Origin: the human T2T-CHM13v2.0 reference genome, Homo sapiens | Direction: 5' to 3' (one strand) | DNA: 64,000 nt | Assembly (NCBI RefSeq): GCF_009914755.1 | Contig: NC_060934.1 | Shown: positions 17,558 to 32,886 of the stretch, piece by piece | Layout: each line of letters starts with the position of its first letter | How positions within the stretch are numbered: position 1 is the stretch's first letter | Made by a program: the position numbers and the translations under genes | Notes under the pieces: generated by a model | Seen by the model: the letters and a program-made list of their open reading frames with translations, nothing else | Told to the model about the DNA's origin: nothing | Databases searched by the model: none

Positions 17558-18085
17558 TTTCCTTTCCTACTGCTGGTGTAACGAATTACCACAATTTGGC
17601 CACTTAAAACAATATCAATTTACAGTGTTACATTTCTGGAGGTCAGAAGTCTGAGATGGGTTTCATTAGGCTCAAATCAAGGTATTGGCAGGATTGAATT
17701 TCTTTTGGAGGCTCTAGGGGAGAATCCATTTCTTTGTCTTTTCCATCTTCTAGAGGCTGCCTGTATTCCTTGGCTCATGGCCCCTTCCTCAAGCTTCAAA
17801 GCCAGCAGCCTACCATCTACAAATTTATGCTGCATCATCCAGTCTCTGCTTTGGTCTTAACCCCTCCTCTCCTGTCTCTCATTCTCCTGCCTCTTTCTTT
17901 CACCTATAAAAACCCTGGTGACGACAGTAGGCCCACCTGGCTAATCCAAGATCATCTGCCTATCTCACAATCCTTAACTTAATCACACCTACAAAATCTG
18001 TTTGGCTATGTAAGGTAACATCCAAAGATTCTGGAGATTAGGATGTGGACATTTTGTGGTGAGGGGCATTATTCTGCCTACTACA
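17558..18085 (-). mobile_element. MLT1 (D/E-like) solo LTR
   Basis: ttctggaggtcagaagtctga...ggggcattattctgcctactaca. Confidence 0.8.
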
Positions 18086-19199
18086 AGGGCCAAGGAGACT
18101 TAGTAGCAGTTTACTTTGCCTTTATTAATGCTCAAAAGAGATTGGTAAGAAGCTCTTGGATAAATGTCCGACATTTATCTGTGCTGAGCCCTACTGTAGG
18201 TACCTCCCATTGTTTTTACCATTTAATTTGCATAGAAGCCCACTTTACAAATGAGGAAACAGAAGCCAAGAGAGATGAGGATGCTACTCCAGCAGTAGGG
18301 CTGGTATTTAAACTCAAGTGTATTTGGTTGCAAAGCGCATCCTTTTCACACCACAACATGCATTTCATTTAGAGTAAATAGAGCCCAGTGGGGCATGACT
18401 GTTTAGAAGGCTTAATGTCCTCAATATAATCAATTTTTACAAATATTGTTTGAATATTTCTGCAGCTGGGAGCTGGCCAGAGCAGAATTTGTCAGTAGCC
18501 TTTGGAGTCTCATTTAACTAGAGCAAGAGAGGGCTGTGTGAGCACCCTGGGGAGGAGGTCTCAGTTTACTGTGGGCCCCTCTAGGGCCTCATCTCAGAGC
18601 CCCATGGTTTCCAAGGTAATGTGGCCCAGAAACCCAGTGCCCTGCACTATGTGACCCAGTTTGATGTCCAGCCCAGGGCAGAATCCTTTCAGATAAGTAA
18701 ATGAGAGCATCTCAAAGTGAGCAAACCACTCTACAAAATCAATTCTACGCCTCTGGCAGCAAAGCTTTTGGCATTAAGAAAATTAGAAGAGTTCATGAAT
18801 AATGGAGATCACACTAAATGGCAGGAGAGAGAGAAACATGGTTTGGTAAAAGTACTCTTTTGTCACCATAGCCCTTGGAAGTGGAACATTTAAGAAAACA
18901 AACAAACCTAGGCAAAGGCCCTCCCAGATGGGATTATGAGCAGGGCAGAAGTCCCAGAAGAGATGATGATGGAGGTGCTCTTGTACCGTCAGGGGACAGT
19001 GCTTCGCATATACTCACATCAGTCCTCTAATGTTCTTTGGAATCACCCTGCTTGTTGATGTCACCTACCTCCAAGTTACTTGAGGAAGACACTTCAAGCC
19101 CATCACTGCTGCTGGTGGCTCCGTGATTATGTGGCTGATTGCCAAACACCCTATATGCCAAATGCACTGTATTCCCAAAGAATGGGAAGAAAGTAGTAA

Positions 19200-19389
19200 G
19201 ATTCACTGGTTCTCCAGAAAAAAGAATAAAGGCCGTGATTTGTAGTGTTTTCCAAATTCTATGGTGCAAATGCTCTCATCCTGGCTGATTTCAAACTACC
19301 AACTTGATGTCAAATGGCTTGCAAAATTCCTGACAATTTAACAGTTTATTCTCTTAACCTGGTGCAGACGAGCACCAGCACACCACTGA
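19200..19389. mobile_element. MER63 (hAT-Blackjack)
   Basis: ggcttgcaaaattcctgacaatttaac...ccagcacaccactg terminus. Confidence 0.65.
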
Positions 19390-22300
19390 AAGTAAGTTTT
19401 CACTTTGCGCCTATTTGACATTCAGGAGCCCTATTGTGTGTTCCAGAGTCCACTGTGAAAGCAGCCACTTGGTTTCTGCGCATAGCATTCTTTTCCCTAG
19501 GGGCCCACAGCAAAGTTCTTGGGGGCAGGCTGGGGCAGTGCTTCCTGCCTCTGAGCATCTGACCATAAACTTACCATTTCAGGAGAAAACTTCCTGCGTG
19601 TATATCACTTGGGCAAATAGATACCTGATGGAGTCTCCAGATCCTCCCTCCAATCTCACTTTAAGTTTAGCTAGTTCCCCAAAGTGGCTGATCATCAGAA
19701 TTTCATGAAGAGCTTTCAAAAATATAGAATCCTGGGCTGCCTCTTTCTCCAGTGAATCTGATTTGGAAAATCTGTAATTTTCAAATGTTCCTTGGGTGAT
19801 TATAATGTTGAAACATTTTGGGGAGTCACCACACCTTGCTACTTTCAGAAAGAGGTTAGAGAGGATAAACTTAAATGGCCCTTCCAGAAAAGTCAAAGCC
19901 ATCAAATCCTACCATTATCTGGGGGTGATGTCCTTAGAAGAGAAGCAGCGAATCCAAGGGATATGTCCGTATCTTCTTTCTCCCTGCAGCAGGGCAGGCT
20001 TAGGAATCCAGTGGTCAACACACCACAGTCCCAAGACAGCTGCCAAGCCCGAGTGTGGCAACTGCCTAAATTAGTAGCTCTGAGCCATGTAACACCCAGT
20101 GCCAAAGGGCTGTGGCTGGACTAACCCGTGGCTCTGCTAACCCTGCCCTTCTCCCCTGTTCTTTCTCCCCAAGTCTTCTATACTGGATCCTGGTTGCAAA
20201 GCTTGCTGCTCAGAGTCAGGCCTTGGATACTAGGTTTCTCCAAAGGGAAGAGGCATTTTCTTCTGAGCCTGGCCCAAGAGAAAATAACCTCAGAGACAAG
20301 CAAAAGATCTAAGGTGGCTGCAGTGGGAAGAGAGAGGGAGGGGTTCATGACACCTCACTGACATATACAGTCAACTTTTGACATAAGTGGACCCATCGGT
20401 TTTGTTTTGCTTTGCTTTCCTGCCTTGGTATCTGTAATTCATGTAGAATGCTTTGTTGTGGAAATGAAATCAGTTGTTCTCTTGGCCATTGTGGCTGGAA
20501 TTGGAGACTGTCATATGAAACAAAAAGCAAATGGCCTTTGGCCCTGCCCAAGAGAGGTGCTTTGTACCCGGTGACATTAAACTAACTCCACTGTATTTTA
20601 TCTGGGAAAGATAAATGTAGAGTGGAAAATGAGAGGGCATCTCAGCTTGGAGGTCAGTCTCTGGTGCTGCTGTGCCCCTCCCTGGTGCTGTGAACCACAT
20701 GCATCCAGAACTGAAAGTGAGACTTGGGATGACCGCATCCATTCTCCTCCTATATGGTGTGCCTAAGGATCCTTGCAAGGAAACTCTCACTGCTTGCTGG
20801 GATCTGTAGGCTCTAAATGCATTTCTGCCCTGTGACCCTGAGGAACTTGACTAAATTAATGGATACTCACCCCTAGTTTTAACTCATCAGCCAAGTATTA
20901 TGATGCTGACTCCCAAATTCTCCAATCCTACAGTGCCTGAGGGCATGTTTGCCTAGACCAGGATGAAGGGGGAGTCTCAAAGTGCCAACCCAGGCTATAG
21001 GCCCTGCTGTGAGCAATGAGGTTTAGAATAGCAATACTGTGTACAGGAAGAGGCTTAGGGCTGGGAGTGGGGATGGTAAACACTGAATGGAGCCTGGGTA
21101 ACACTCTTTCTCCAGCCTCAGTCTCTTTGTCTCTAATCTGCCCTTCCCTGAACTCCCAGTATGTTCTGTTCCAAACACACTCTCATTGATTACCTAGGGT
21201 CTCCAACTGTGCTCACTTTGATGCCTCCTGAAAGATGAGGGTGGCTTTACATGAGCTCAAACGTGCCTTCTATCCTCCTAATTTCTGCATTTGCTGCCAA
21301 GACACTTGAGGGCAGGGAATAGGTTCTCTATGTTATTATCTCTCCTAGTGATCTATCTTCTAAACTGGGATTATCAGAGAAACACCTACATCCAACTGGC
21401 CTCTTGCCTCCCTAGAGAACAAAGATGCAGCCTCAGAGCCCACTGGTGCCAGACTCAGGGCTCATCTACTCGCTACCTGTAAGTGCAGATTACAACGCTG
21501 GTGAACTTTGGATGACTCCAGAATCCCATCACAGGTTAAACTTTAGTCAACTAGCCAAGGGAAAGTGAGATGCACATTTCATTAAAAGGACCCCAGGACC
21601 TAACACCCAGGCTCTGTGCACATAGTGATAAGAGGGATTTGTGGGTGTGAGAGACAGTTTGCAGGTACCAACTCAAGTAGAGAACAGGAGGGTTTGTCAG
21701 TAATGAAGAGAATTAGGGCGGACAGCAGACGGAAATTCCTAAGAGTAGGTGGCCAAGGAAACTGACCTTGGACTCAGTAGCCCCACATGAACTCTATGTG
21801 GCCTGGGGCAAGTCACTTACATTCTCCAGACCTCAGGATCCTTATACCTAAGTGTGGGGTGCAAAGGAAAGAGTGAATGAGTACTGAAGCAAGTTCAAAT
21901 CCCCGCTCTGGTGCTAGTTGCATAAAATTGGTAAGTAATTTAGTTTCTCTGGGTCTGTTTTGTCAGTTGTTAGACAAAAGAGAAGCTAGATAGCAGAGCA
22001 CTGGAGAGTGGATCCAACATTCAGACAGAAATCTGGGCCGCTTGCTAACTTTGTAACCTTGTGTAAATGATGTATCCTCCTAGAGCCTCCCTCTCCCCAC
22101 TCAAAGCAGGGTTAGCACCAGGGTCTTGTAAGGACAGTGTAGGGTCATAGTAAGTGGAAAAGAAAAAGATGGTTGGGCTCTGGAAGTCACCTAGTTATCT
22201 CTTCCTACTTTCAGGTTCTAGCTGGAGGAGAAAAGATACAAGCAGCCAAAACATGATCACTGTTTCAGCGATACTAGTGGTGTAAGGTGCCCTGGAATCC

Positions 22301-22681
22301 TGAATTTCAGGACTCTCTGGTGAAGGTGAATTGGAGACCTGGGCCTGGGGCCCTGGGCCAAGTGACAGCCTCCTGCTGCCTCTCAAACCCAGGCCTTAGC
22401 CCCTGCCTGCGGGGTATTGGGGCACAGTGGGCTCCCAGCATCCCTACCTGGCTGGCTTCAGGGAGGGCCGGGGCTTTCTCACACATCTGGTACATAGAGA
22501 AGGGCCTGTGAGAGAATAGCAGCCTGTGGGTTACCTCTTGAAGTCCCAACCCAGAGAGTCCTGGCCCTTTCTGCACTTCCTCAAGGCAAGGGAGAGAGAA
22601 ACTGAGCAACCTGGTCCAGTGAGTATCCTGCTGACACCAACCAGGTTGGCTGCTGCTCCACAGGGAGGAGTAAGTGTAAAT

Positions 22682-22907
22682 CAGGGGTGTCCGACTTGTG
22701 GCTTCACTGGGCCACACTGGAAGAAGAATTGTCTTGGGCCACACGTAAAATATACTAACACTAACGATAGCTGATGAGCTTTAAAAAATTGCAAAAAAAA
22801 AAAAAAAATCTCATAGTGTTTTAAGAAAGTTTATGAATTCGTGTTGGCTGCATTCAAAGCCATCCTGGGCCTCATGTAGCCCATGGATTGCAGGTTGGAC
22901 AAGCTTA
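22682..22907. mobile_element. MER30 (hAT-Charlie) with 8-bp TSD
   Basis: caggggtgtcc...ttggacaagctt; TSD gtgtaaat/gtgtatat (7 of 8 match). Confidence 0.88.
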
Positions 22908-22966
22908 GTGTATATGGAGGGGCTCTGGAATTGTAGTTTTAGTAATCCACAATTGTGGAGGGAGTG

Positions 22967-23323
22967 TTGTTATGGACTGCATATTTGTGGCTCCCTCTAC
23001 CCCCGAATCACCTCCAATGGGAATGGTACCTGGAGATGGAGCCTTTGGGAGTTAATTAGGTCATGAGGGTAGAGTCTTCATGATGGGATTAGTCCCCTTA
23101 TAAGAAGAGACAGGAGAGCTTGCTTCCTCTTTCTCTCTCCTGGCTGAGGATACCAGGAGAAGATGGCTTTCTACAAGCGAGGAAGACAGCCCTCACCAGA
23201 ACCTTACCACACTGGCTCCCTGATCTTGGGCTATCAACTGCCAAAACTCTGAGAAATAAATGTTTGTTGTCTGAGCCACCCAGTCTGTGGTAATTTGTTA
23301 TAGCAGCCTGAGCCAACTAAGAC
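22967..23323 (+). mobile_element. MLT1A solo LTR
   Basis: tgttatggactg...gagaaataaatgtttgttgt...aactaagaca. Confidence 0.85.
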
Positions 23324-24517
23324 AGGTGTGAAAACACTTCTCTGCTGAAGCATGGACAGGTGGCTGAGGGTTCCCTCCTAAAATGGCTGTGCCTCTTGTG
23401 ATGAAAATATCAGTTATACTATGGTGAAGAGACTGGGCTCAAAATATTTCCAAGTCAGACAATTGGATGGCTCTAGGAATTCTATTGGATGAGTAGCCTA
23501 ACACCTGTCTTAGGCATAATCTGTCCTGTTCTCATTCACGTTGAATGATCTGAATATCAGTTCCTGTTGAGATCTGTAAAAGCCAAGGGCAGAACTTCTG
23601 AAGCTTTATAGTGCCAGATGCCCAAGAATATATATGATTTTGATAGTAAGAAACAGGATGCCTGTTTTTGGAAAGGTTACCCTGGGAAAGGGGGACTTTT
23701 TTTCCCTTAATACTCCCTTCTTCTGGCCCCCATCACTGCTTTGAGGCTTCCTAATTGGTGTCCCTGCTGGCCGTGTCTTCCCATCCTGCATCCTCTGCAT
23801 ACTCATCCAGCCTCCTTAGAATTAGGGAAAAGGAGCCACCAGACTGTGGCTGGGACTGCAGTCAGGCCAGAGGACTGGTCCAAAGGCAGAACAATGAGAC
23901 TACCCAGAAATCACTGAGAGACAATTTTCAGAGAAGGAGACATGTAGGAGACCAAGTTGCTGCTTCTTTGTTTTGATGGTGAAATAGACAAGCAAGCAGT
24001 GATGTGTGTAATTGTAGAACTTCAAGGCTGAATTCTTTTCAACTCTAAGCTGAGATGGCTGCTTCTATTTGTGCACCAGCCCTTTGGGCCCCTGAGAAGA
24101 TGGTTATATAAGTGGACAGAAACTCAAAGAGATCCTTGTGGTGGGACATCCAGGGAGGAGGAAGCTACTACGCAAAGCTTTATGGCCCTGGTATAGGGGC
24201 GAGGACTAACCCATGAACCCTCCCACGCTTCTGGTGGGGATGGGAGAGGAGCACAGGGAAAGGGGGAGATTGAGGGCTTCTTTTACATATTCATTTATAT
24301 ACTCATCCCTCACTTCAGCCTCCAATACCATTTTACAGGTAAAGAAACAGAGGTTCAAGAGATCATCACCTGCCCCAGCACTTATACTGCTATTAAGTGG
24401 CCTGAGCCAGGATTTGACCCCAAACCTGACTCTAAGAGCTTCTACACCAACTGCACTGTTTCCTATTATTATTCAATGAGAAGGGAAGACACTTCAAACC
24501 TCATTAGTCATTAATAC

Positions 24518-25505
24518 TTGTTCTAGTTACTACTGCTGGATGTCTTAGTCTATTTCATGTTGCTATAAAAGAATACCTGAGGCTGGGTAATTTATAAAGA
24601 AAAGAAGTTTATTTGGCTCATGGTTCTGCATGCTGCACAAGAAGTATAGCAAGCATAGCACCAGCAGCTGTATCTGGTGAGGTCCTCAGACTGCTCCCAC
24701 TCATAGCAGAAAGCAAAGGGGAGCCAATGTGTGCAGAAATCACATGGCAGGAGAGGGAGCAAGAGAGAAGTGGGGGAGGAGTCAGGCTCTTTTTAACAAC
24801 CAGTTCTTGCAGGAACTAATAGTGAGAACTCACTCATACCCTTCTACCCCCAGGGAGGGCATATTCTATTCATTCTATTCATGGGGGATCATCACCCCCA
24901 TGATCCAAATACCTCCTGTTAGGTCTGCACCTCCAACAATGGGATCAAATTTTAATATGAAGTTTGAAGAGACAATTATCCAAACTACAGCACTGGATAA
25001 CACAACATCTCAAAATTTAGTGGCATAAAACAACCATTTTTATTATTCTCATGGATTCTGTTAGTCAGAAATTTGGAGAAGACATAGCAGTACCAGCTTG
25101 TTTCTACTCCATAATGTTTGCAGGTGCCTATACTCATATATTTGGTGACTGATGCTGGCTTCTGGCTGAGACCTCAGTGAGACTATTGATTAGAAGAACA
25201 CTTACACTGGACCTTTCTGTGTGGTTTCTCCGCCTGGGCTCATTTGGGCTTTCCTAGAGAATGGCAGCTAGATTCTGAGAGTGTGTCCTCGGAGAAGAAA
25301 GTGGAAGCACATGGCATAGTTTTGATCTAGCCTTGGGAGTCATGTGGTGTCACTTTTACCATATTCTATTGCTTGAGGTAGTAAAAAAGATCCACCCAGG
25401 TTCAAAAGGAAGGGCCAGTGACTCCATAACTCAATGGGAGGAGTGTCAAGGTCCCCTAGTAAGAAGAACATGTGCAATGGGAGATATTGTTGCCACCACC
25501 TGCCA
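24518..25505 (-). mobile_element. Old MLT1 LTR, host of a nested MST
   Basis: aaaatttagtggcataaaacaacc...tcacttttaccatattctattg; resumes after the MST TSD. Confidence 0.65.
24541..24992 (-). mobile_element. MST (MSTB-like) solo LTR with 5-bp TSD CTGGA
   Basis: TG...CA termini; ctgga at 24536-24540 and 24993-24997. Confidence 0.88.
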
Positions 25506-25531
25506 AAACACCTTAGAGTAAAAGAGTCTGA

Positions 25532-25835
<304 letters not shown>

Positions 25836-26341
25836 GAGTCTGATGGTTTTCTAGAGCTTGCTTTTTACTGGAGAAAGGATGAAAAGGAGATGGAGAGGCA
25901 ATGAAGGATACTCTATGTCTTAAGGGAGAAAAAGAGTCCCTGGGGTGGTGTCAGGGCTCAGAGCAAGAAAGAACTCTGCCACTGCATACTTTATTATTTG
26001 ACGTCTTCTTTCACATGAAATGTGATTGCCAGAACTACTGCCTGGTCTTTCTTCCCTGGTTCTTGCATTGACCTATGACCACTTAACCAAAAGAAATTTT
26101 GCCCTCCTCACCCAAGGTTTTGGTCATTAAGATGGTCACCTCTCCAGGTGGAGCACCCTCTTGATTTAGCAGTTTCAACAATTTGAAGATTATCGACCCT
26201 AACCAACCCAGCTGTTTCTCTATAATATCTCCCAGATGAGAAACAACCACCTTAAAGGCCATGCTCTCTTATCCTTATATAAACTCTCCAGAGAGGAATT
26301 TAACTTTTTGAGACAGTGGTCTTTGGTTCAGTAAAAGTTCA

Positions 26342-26768
<427 letters not shown>

Positions 26769-26859
26769 TTAAAACATACTGTGCAATTCTATTGCACATT
26801 GATTGAGAACAACTGTCTGATGTGATTTGTCCTGACTAACCCCTTAAATATGTCTACCA

Positions 26860-27422
26860 TTCTTCCTCTTGCTCATATTTATCTCCAGGCCACAGGTCTA
26901 CTTGACCAGCCTCTAATATACTAAGTCGGGTCTTGTCCTCTGGTCTTTGCACATACTTAGCCTCCAGATGCCATTTTCCTAGTTGTTTGCTGGACTCACT
27001 TCTTCACTTAATTCATGTGGCGAGACTTATGCAGGTGTTCTAGTCAACAGCCCTGCTGAAGTCTCAGCCAAGAGCCTTCAAGTCTTAGCTGAGGCTACAA
27101 ACATTGTGGAGCACAGACCAACTATCCCCAGTGTCTTCTCCAAATTCTCTTAATTCAGGTCTCTATTCAAATAATACCTCCTTGGAGAGAATATCTCTGA
27201 CTACCTTTGTTTAAAATGATATTCTTAATCATCTTCTATCCTCTTCTTTTTTTCCCTTTCTAGCACTTACCTGATAAAAGTACATATTAGTTTGTTAGTT
27301 TTCATTGCACACCTCCCACAAAGGAATGTAAACTCCATAATGATAGGGACATTGGTGCCTAGAAAAGTGCCCAACACATATTAGGCAGGTATCAGTACAA
27401 TAAATATTTGTGAATGAATAAA
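26860..27422 (+). mobile_element. L2 3' end, interrupted at 27016-27148
   Basis: Ends gtgcccaacacatattaggcagg...aataaatatttgtgaatgaat. Confidence 0.7.
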
Positions 27423-28805
27423 CACCTGACAATTATGCCACTAGTTCATTTTCCCAGAGCCACATCAGATGCTATTGTACAATCTCAGCCCTCTTTGCCC
27501 TTAAACTTTGCCTTGGATTGTGCCTCAGAATCCCTCATAACACAATCATGCATTACTGATCTGGGTCAGTAGATGAGATGAAACCAATTTTCCATACCTG
27601 GTCTATAGCATTAATTTGGGTATGTTCATTTATTGTTGTATTGGTATTTGGGTGTGTACAATCAGATACTAGTTGCTCTGTGAGGCCAAAGACTGAGTCT
27701 CATACTATTTTTGGCATATAGAAGTTCAAAAAGTCCTAGATGAATTGAAATTATTTGTGATAATTTTCAGATCAAGCCTTTGGCAAGGCAGGAGGAAGGC
27801 TGAATCAAGATATGATCACCAGGCTTCCCAAGATAAGAGGTAGATAATTGGCAGCACACTGGTGGAAGAAATTTCCAGAACTGACGGAACCGGTTACCTC
27901 CCTGCAAAATAGGGTGAAGATGAGAAAGTCAGTTGGGAAGGCAGAGATTTTAGGTTATAGGACGTTCTGTTTGAACCTCAGTAAGATTTGGGAATTGTTT
28001 TCCGTTTATCCTACCACAAAACATCTAGAACTTCATTTGCATCATCTGTTTGCATATGTTCCGATATTGGTCAAATGGAATTTCTCTAGGGCCAGGCCTA
28101 GATGCTTGGGGTGAGGGAGAAGGTGGGAAGGGGAAACTGACAGCTGTAATGTATTCTCCAGACTTGAAGATCAATGAGCCTGTTATTAGGTGGTTTGTTT
28201 TAGGAGAAATGAGATGTGAAATTATCTTTAACCTGGCAGGCTTTCACTTCCTGGGTAGATTTCAATGGAATCTACCTCTTAATCTTTTCATGGCTTTCAT
28301 CTGAAGGCCTTGCTCATGCTGAGTGTTTTTAAGACAGGACAGAGATCCTAACTGGTTGTGATTGCAATCATTTCTCCTTTGGAACATGCCTAGTCAAGAA
28401 GAACATCCCGTTGAAACTGAGAGATAAATGCCATTTTTGGAAAGAGCTAGTTTCAACAAAGATTACTATTACATATAGAAACATCATTCACCCATATTAC
28501 CAATGTATCCATCACTCACCCAAACTGTGAAAGAACGTAAAAAGATACCCACTAAAATAAGTTCAAATGTTTACTCTCCCTCCACTCCCCCAGCAAATTG
28601 CAAGATCTAATGGTCAATAAAACCATTTTATTCCCAACTTAAATGCATGAATAAGACCAGAAAGATGATCCAAGGAAAGATGTTGCCTTTCCTTGCTGCA
28701 GCTGGCAGGGTTGCTTAGAATTTGGGCAGTTGGAGCTGGAGAAGATCTTTGTTAGTTTATTAAAACTAGGAGTCAGGTCGGGTTCTACATGGGCTCTAAG
28801 CAATG

Positions 28806-28970
28806 ACTTCCTTCCTTCCTTCCTCCCTTCGTTCCATCCTTCCTTCTTTCCCTTCTTCCTTCCTTCCTCTCTTTCTTCTCTCTCTCCTTCTCTCTCTCTC
28901 TTTCTTTTTCTTTCCTCTCTCTCTTTCTTTCTTTTCTTTTTTTTCTTTTCTTTCTTTCTTTCTTTTTATT
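28806..28970. repeat. CT-rich simple repeat at an Alu tail
   Basis: (CTTC)/(CT)/(CTTT) arrays. Confidence 0.9.
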
Positions 28971-29703
<733 letters not shown>

Positions 29704-30259
29704 TGAAATAAAAATCAGGCAGAAAAACCCATGGAAATCAGGCTGTTGGTATTTAAATACAAGTTTTAAAAGTTTACCTCCCATTTTTAGTTTTTGATTC
29801 ATTTCTCCTGGACTGATTCTGTGCATGTGTAGGGTGATGATGGGGGTGGTGGAGAACTAGAATTGCCATCCTGGCCTTTTTTAGAAAGAAATTGCTGTAG
29901 ATCTGTAAAATGCTGTGTGGCAGAAATTCATTTAGGTTCAAGTAAATCATGAAATTTGTTTTGCACAATTTAGAGGAAATTTAATGAAGCCCTTTCAAAT
30001 AAGCCTTATGTACATTATTTGGGGGGAGTACAAATAATTATGTTTTAGGTTCTATAACTTTGAGACGTTAATTACAATGAATTTATTTTTTGATCTTTAA
30101 ATTGTTTTTTTTTGTTTTTACACAGTGGCAACAGAGGATGCAATTTTTTTCATCCGTATTTATTTTTTGTCTGCTGATAGCGCACAAAACTTCCATTAGT
30201 GTGTCCATCAAATAGTCTAGGTTGTTCTCAGATTTTCAAAATAGTGGTTAATGCACAGA

Positions 30260-30992
<733 letters not shown>

Positions 30993-31437
30993 ATCCTCCC
31001 CATAAGGCGCGGTTGTGGGAACTAAATGAGACAAATGCAAACAAGGCACTTATCACAACGCATGGCCATAACATAGACTCAAAAATGTTATTATTATTAT
31101 GATGAGTCTCACATCAGTTTTTTGGACTCTGGTAGAGTGGTGCCAAGACTTACAGCATTGATCCATCCAGTTGGCCATGGAAATATTTGAATAAAACGGA
31201 AACATTTGAATAAAACTGAAAGAGCATATAAAAGTGCATCTTAACATGCCTGAGACCTTGCCACTGGGGTAACTATGTAACTATGCAAATATAAGCAAAA
31301 AAAGAGCAAAAGCAACCAGCGGAATAGCATTTGCTGAGGAGAAAGTTCACATTAATTTTTCTTTCTTTTTTTTTCTTTTTTGGATTGTTAAGCCCATTTC
31401 TCTAAGAGTTAAAAATTTCAGATGACTACTTATTTTA

Positions 31438-31745
31438 TTTTATCTATTTTTATTTATTTATTTTTGAGACAGAGTCTCACTCTGTTGCCCAGGCTGGAGT
31501 GCTGTAGTGGGATCTCGGCTCACTGCAACCTCCGCCTCCCCAGTTCAAGTGATTCTCCTGCCTTAGCCTCGCATAGCTAGGATTACATGTGCCTGCCACC
31601 ATGCCCAGCTAATTTTTGTACTTTTGCTAGAGATGGGGTTTTACCATGTTGGCCAAGCTGGTCTTGACCTCCTGGCCTCAAGTGATCTGCCTGCCTTGGC
31701 TTCCCAAAGTGCTGGGATTACAGGCTTTAGCCACTGTGCCCGGCT
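31438..31745 (-). mobile_element. AluS with 15-bp TSD
   Basis: TSD tgactacttatttta at 31423-31437 and 31746-31760. Confidence 0.93.
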
Positions 31746-32596
31746 TGACTACTTATTTTAAAAGAAATCTCAGGTGTATAAAGAGAAGTGATATCTTGGT
31801 GACAGTTGCAAAGGGGTCCAAACCTGGTAATGGGAGAGGGGCTGAGAGAGAAAACATAGTGATTTCAGCACTCTCCATCTAATTAGGTGGCATGCTCTGT
31901 GGGGGGACAGGAAACTAGGAGATAGGGATGTTTTATGTCCAATAAATAATTTATCCAGGACTTCTGAGACAGTTTTAACAATCTCCAAAATTTGTACTGG
32001 AAGCTTACTTTTTCTTTAGATTTCATATGTAAAATAAAATTAGAAGATATCCTTCAACACATGTGCACAATCTCACTAGGGAATTTTTCCTCCTGCTTTA
32101 TTAAGGTATAATTGACAAATTAAATTGTACATATTTATAGTGTGTAATGTGATGCTTTGCTATCTGAATACATTGTGACATGATTAAATCAAGCTAGGGA
32201 AGTTTTTTAAACGCAGAAAAACAGGCATCTTAGTATTCAAGGAACTCTTTAGAAGTCATCTTGGCCTCTTGCCTTTCACGAGGGTCAGATGATACAAAAG
32301 GCCAAGGCCAGATGGGATGGAATAACTCATTGTAATAGGTAACAACTTTCACAATCAGGGAAGCCTCTTGAAGCCTCTCAGATGGCAGGAAGCTAAACCT
32401 AGTTTCTCTTCTTGCTGGTCAGAGGAACCAGTCTCCAGGCTGGCCCATAGCCTTTCAGATTCTTTGCATATTGTCTTAGTGCTAAGGTAGGGAAAGATTT
32501 TTGTCATTGAGTTCAGTGTTCCCTTCCCACACATGCCTATCACCTTGGGAGGCTTTGATTCAGTACATCTGGAGTGGGACCTGGAATTCATTTTTA

Positions 32597-32886
<290 letters not shown>

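Noticed and set aside
18997-19015. gtgcttcgcatatact, reminiscent of the U6 snRNA 5' end
   Set aside because: Gapped match of a few bases with no continuation of U6.
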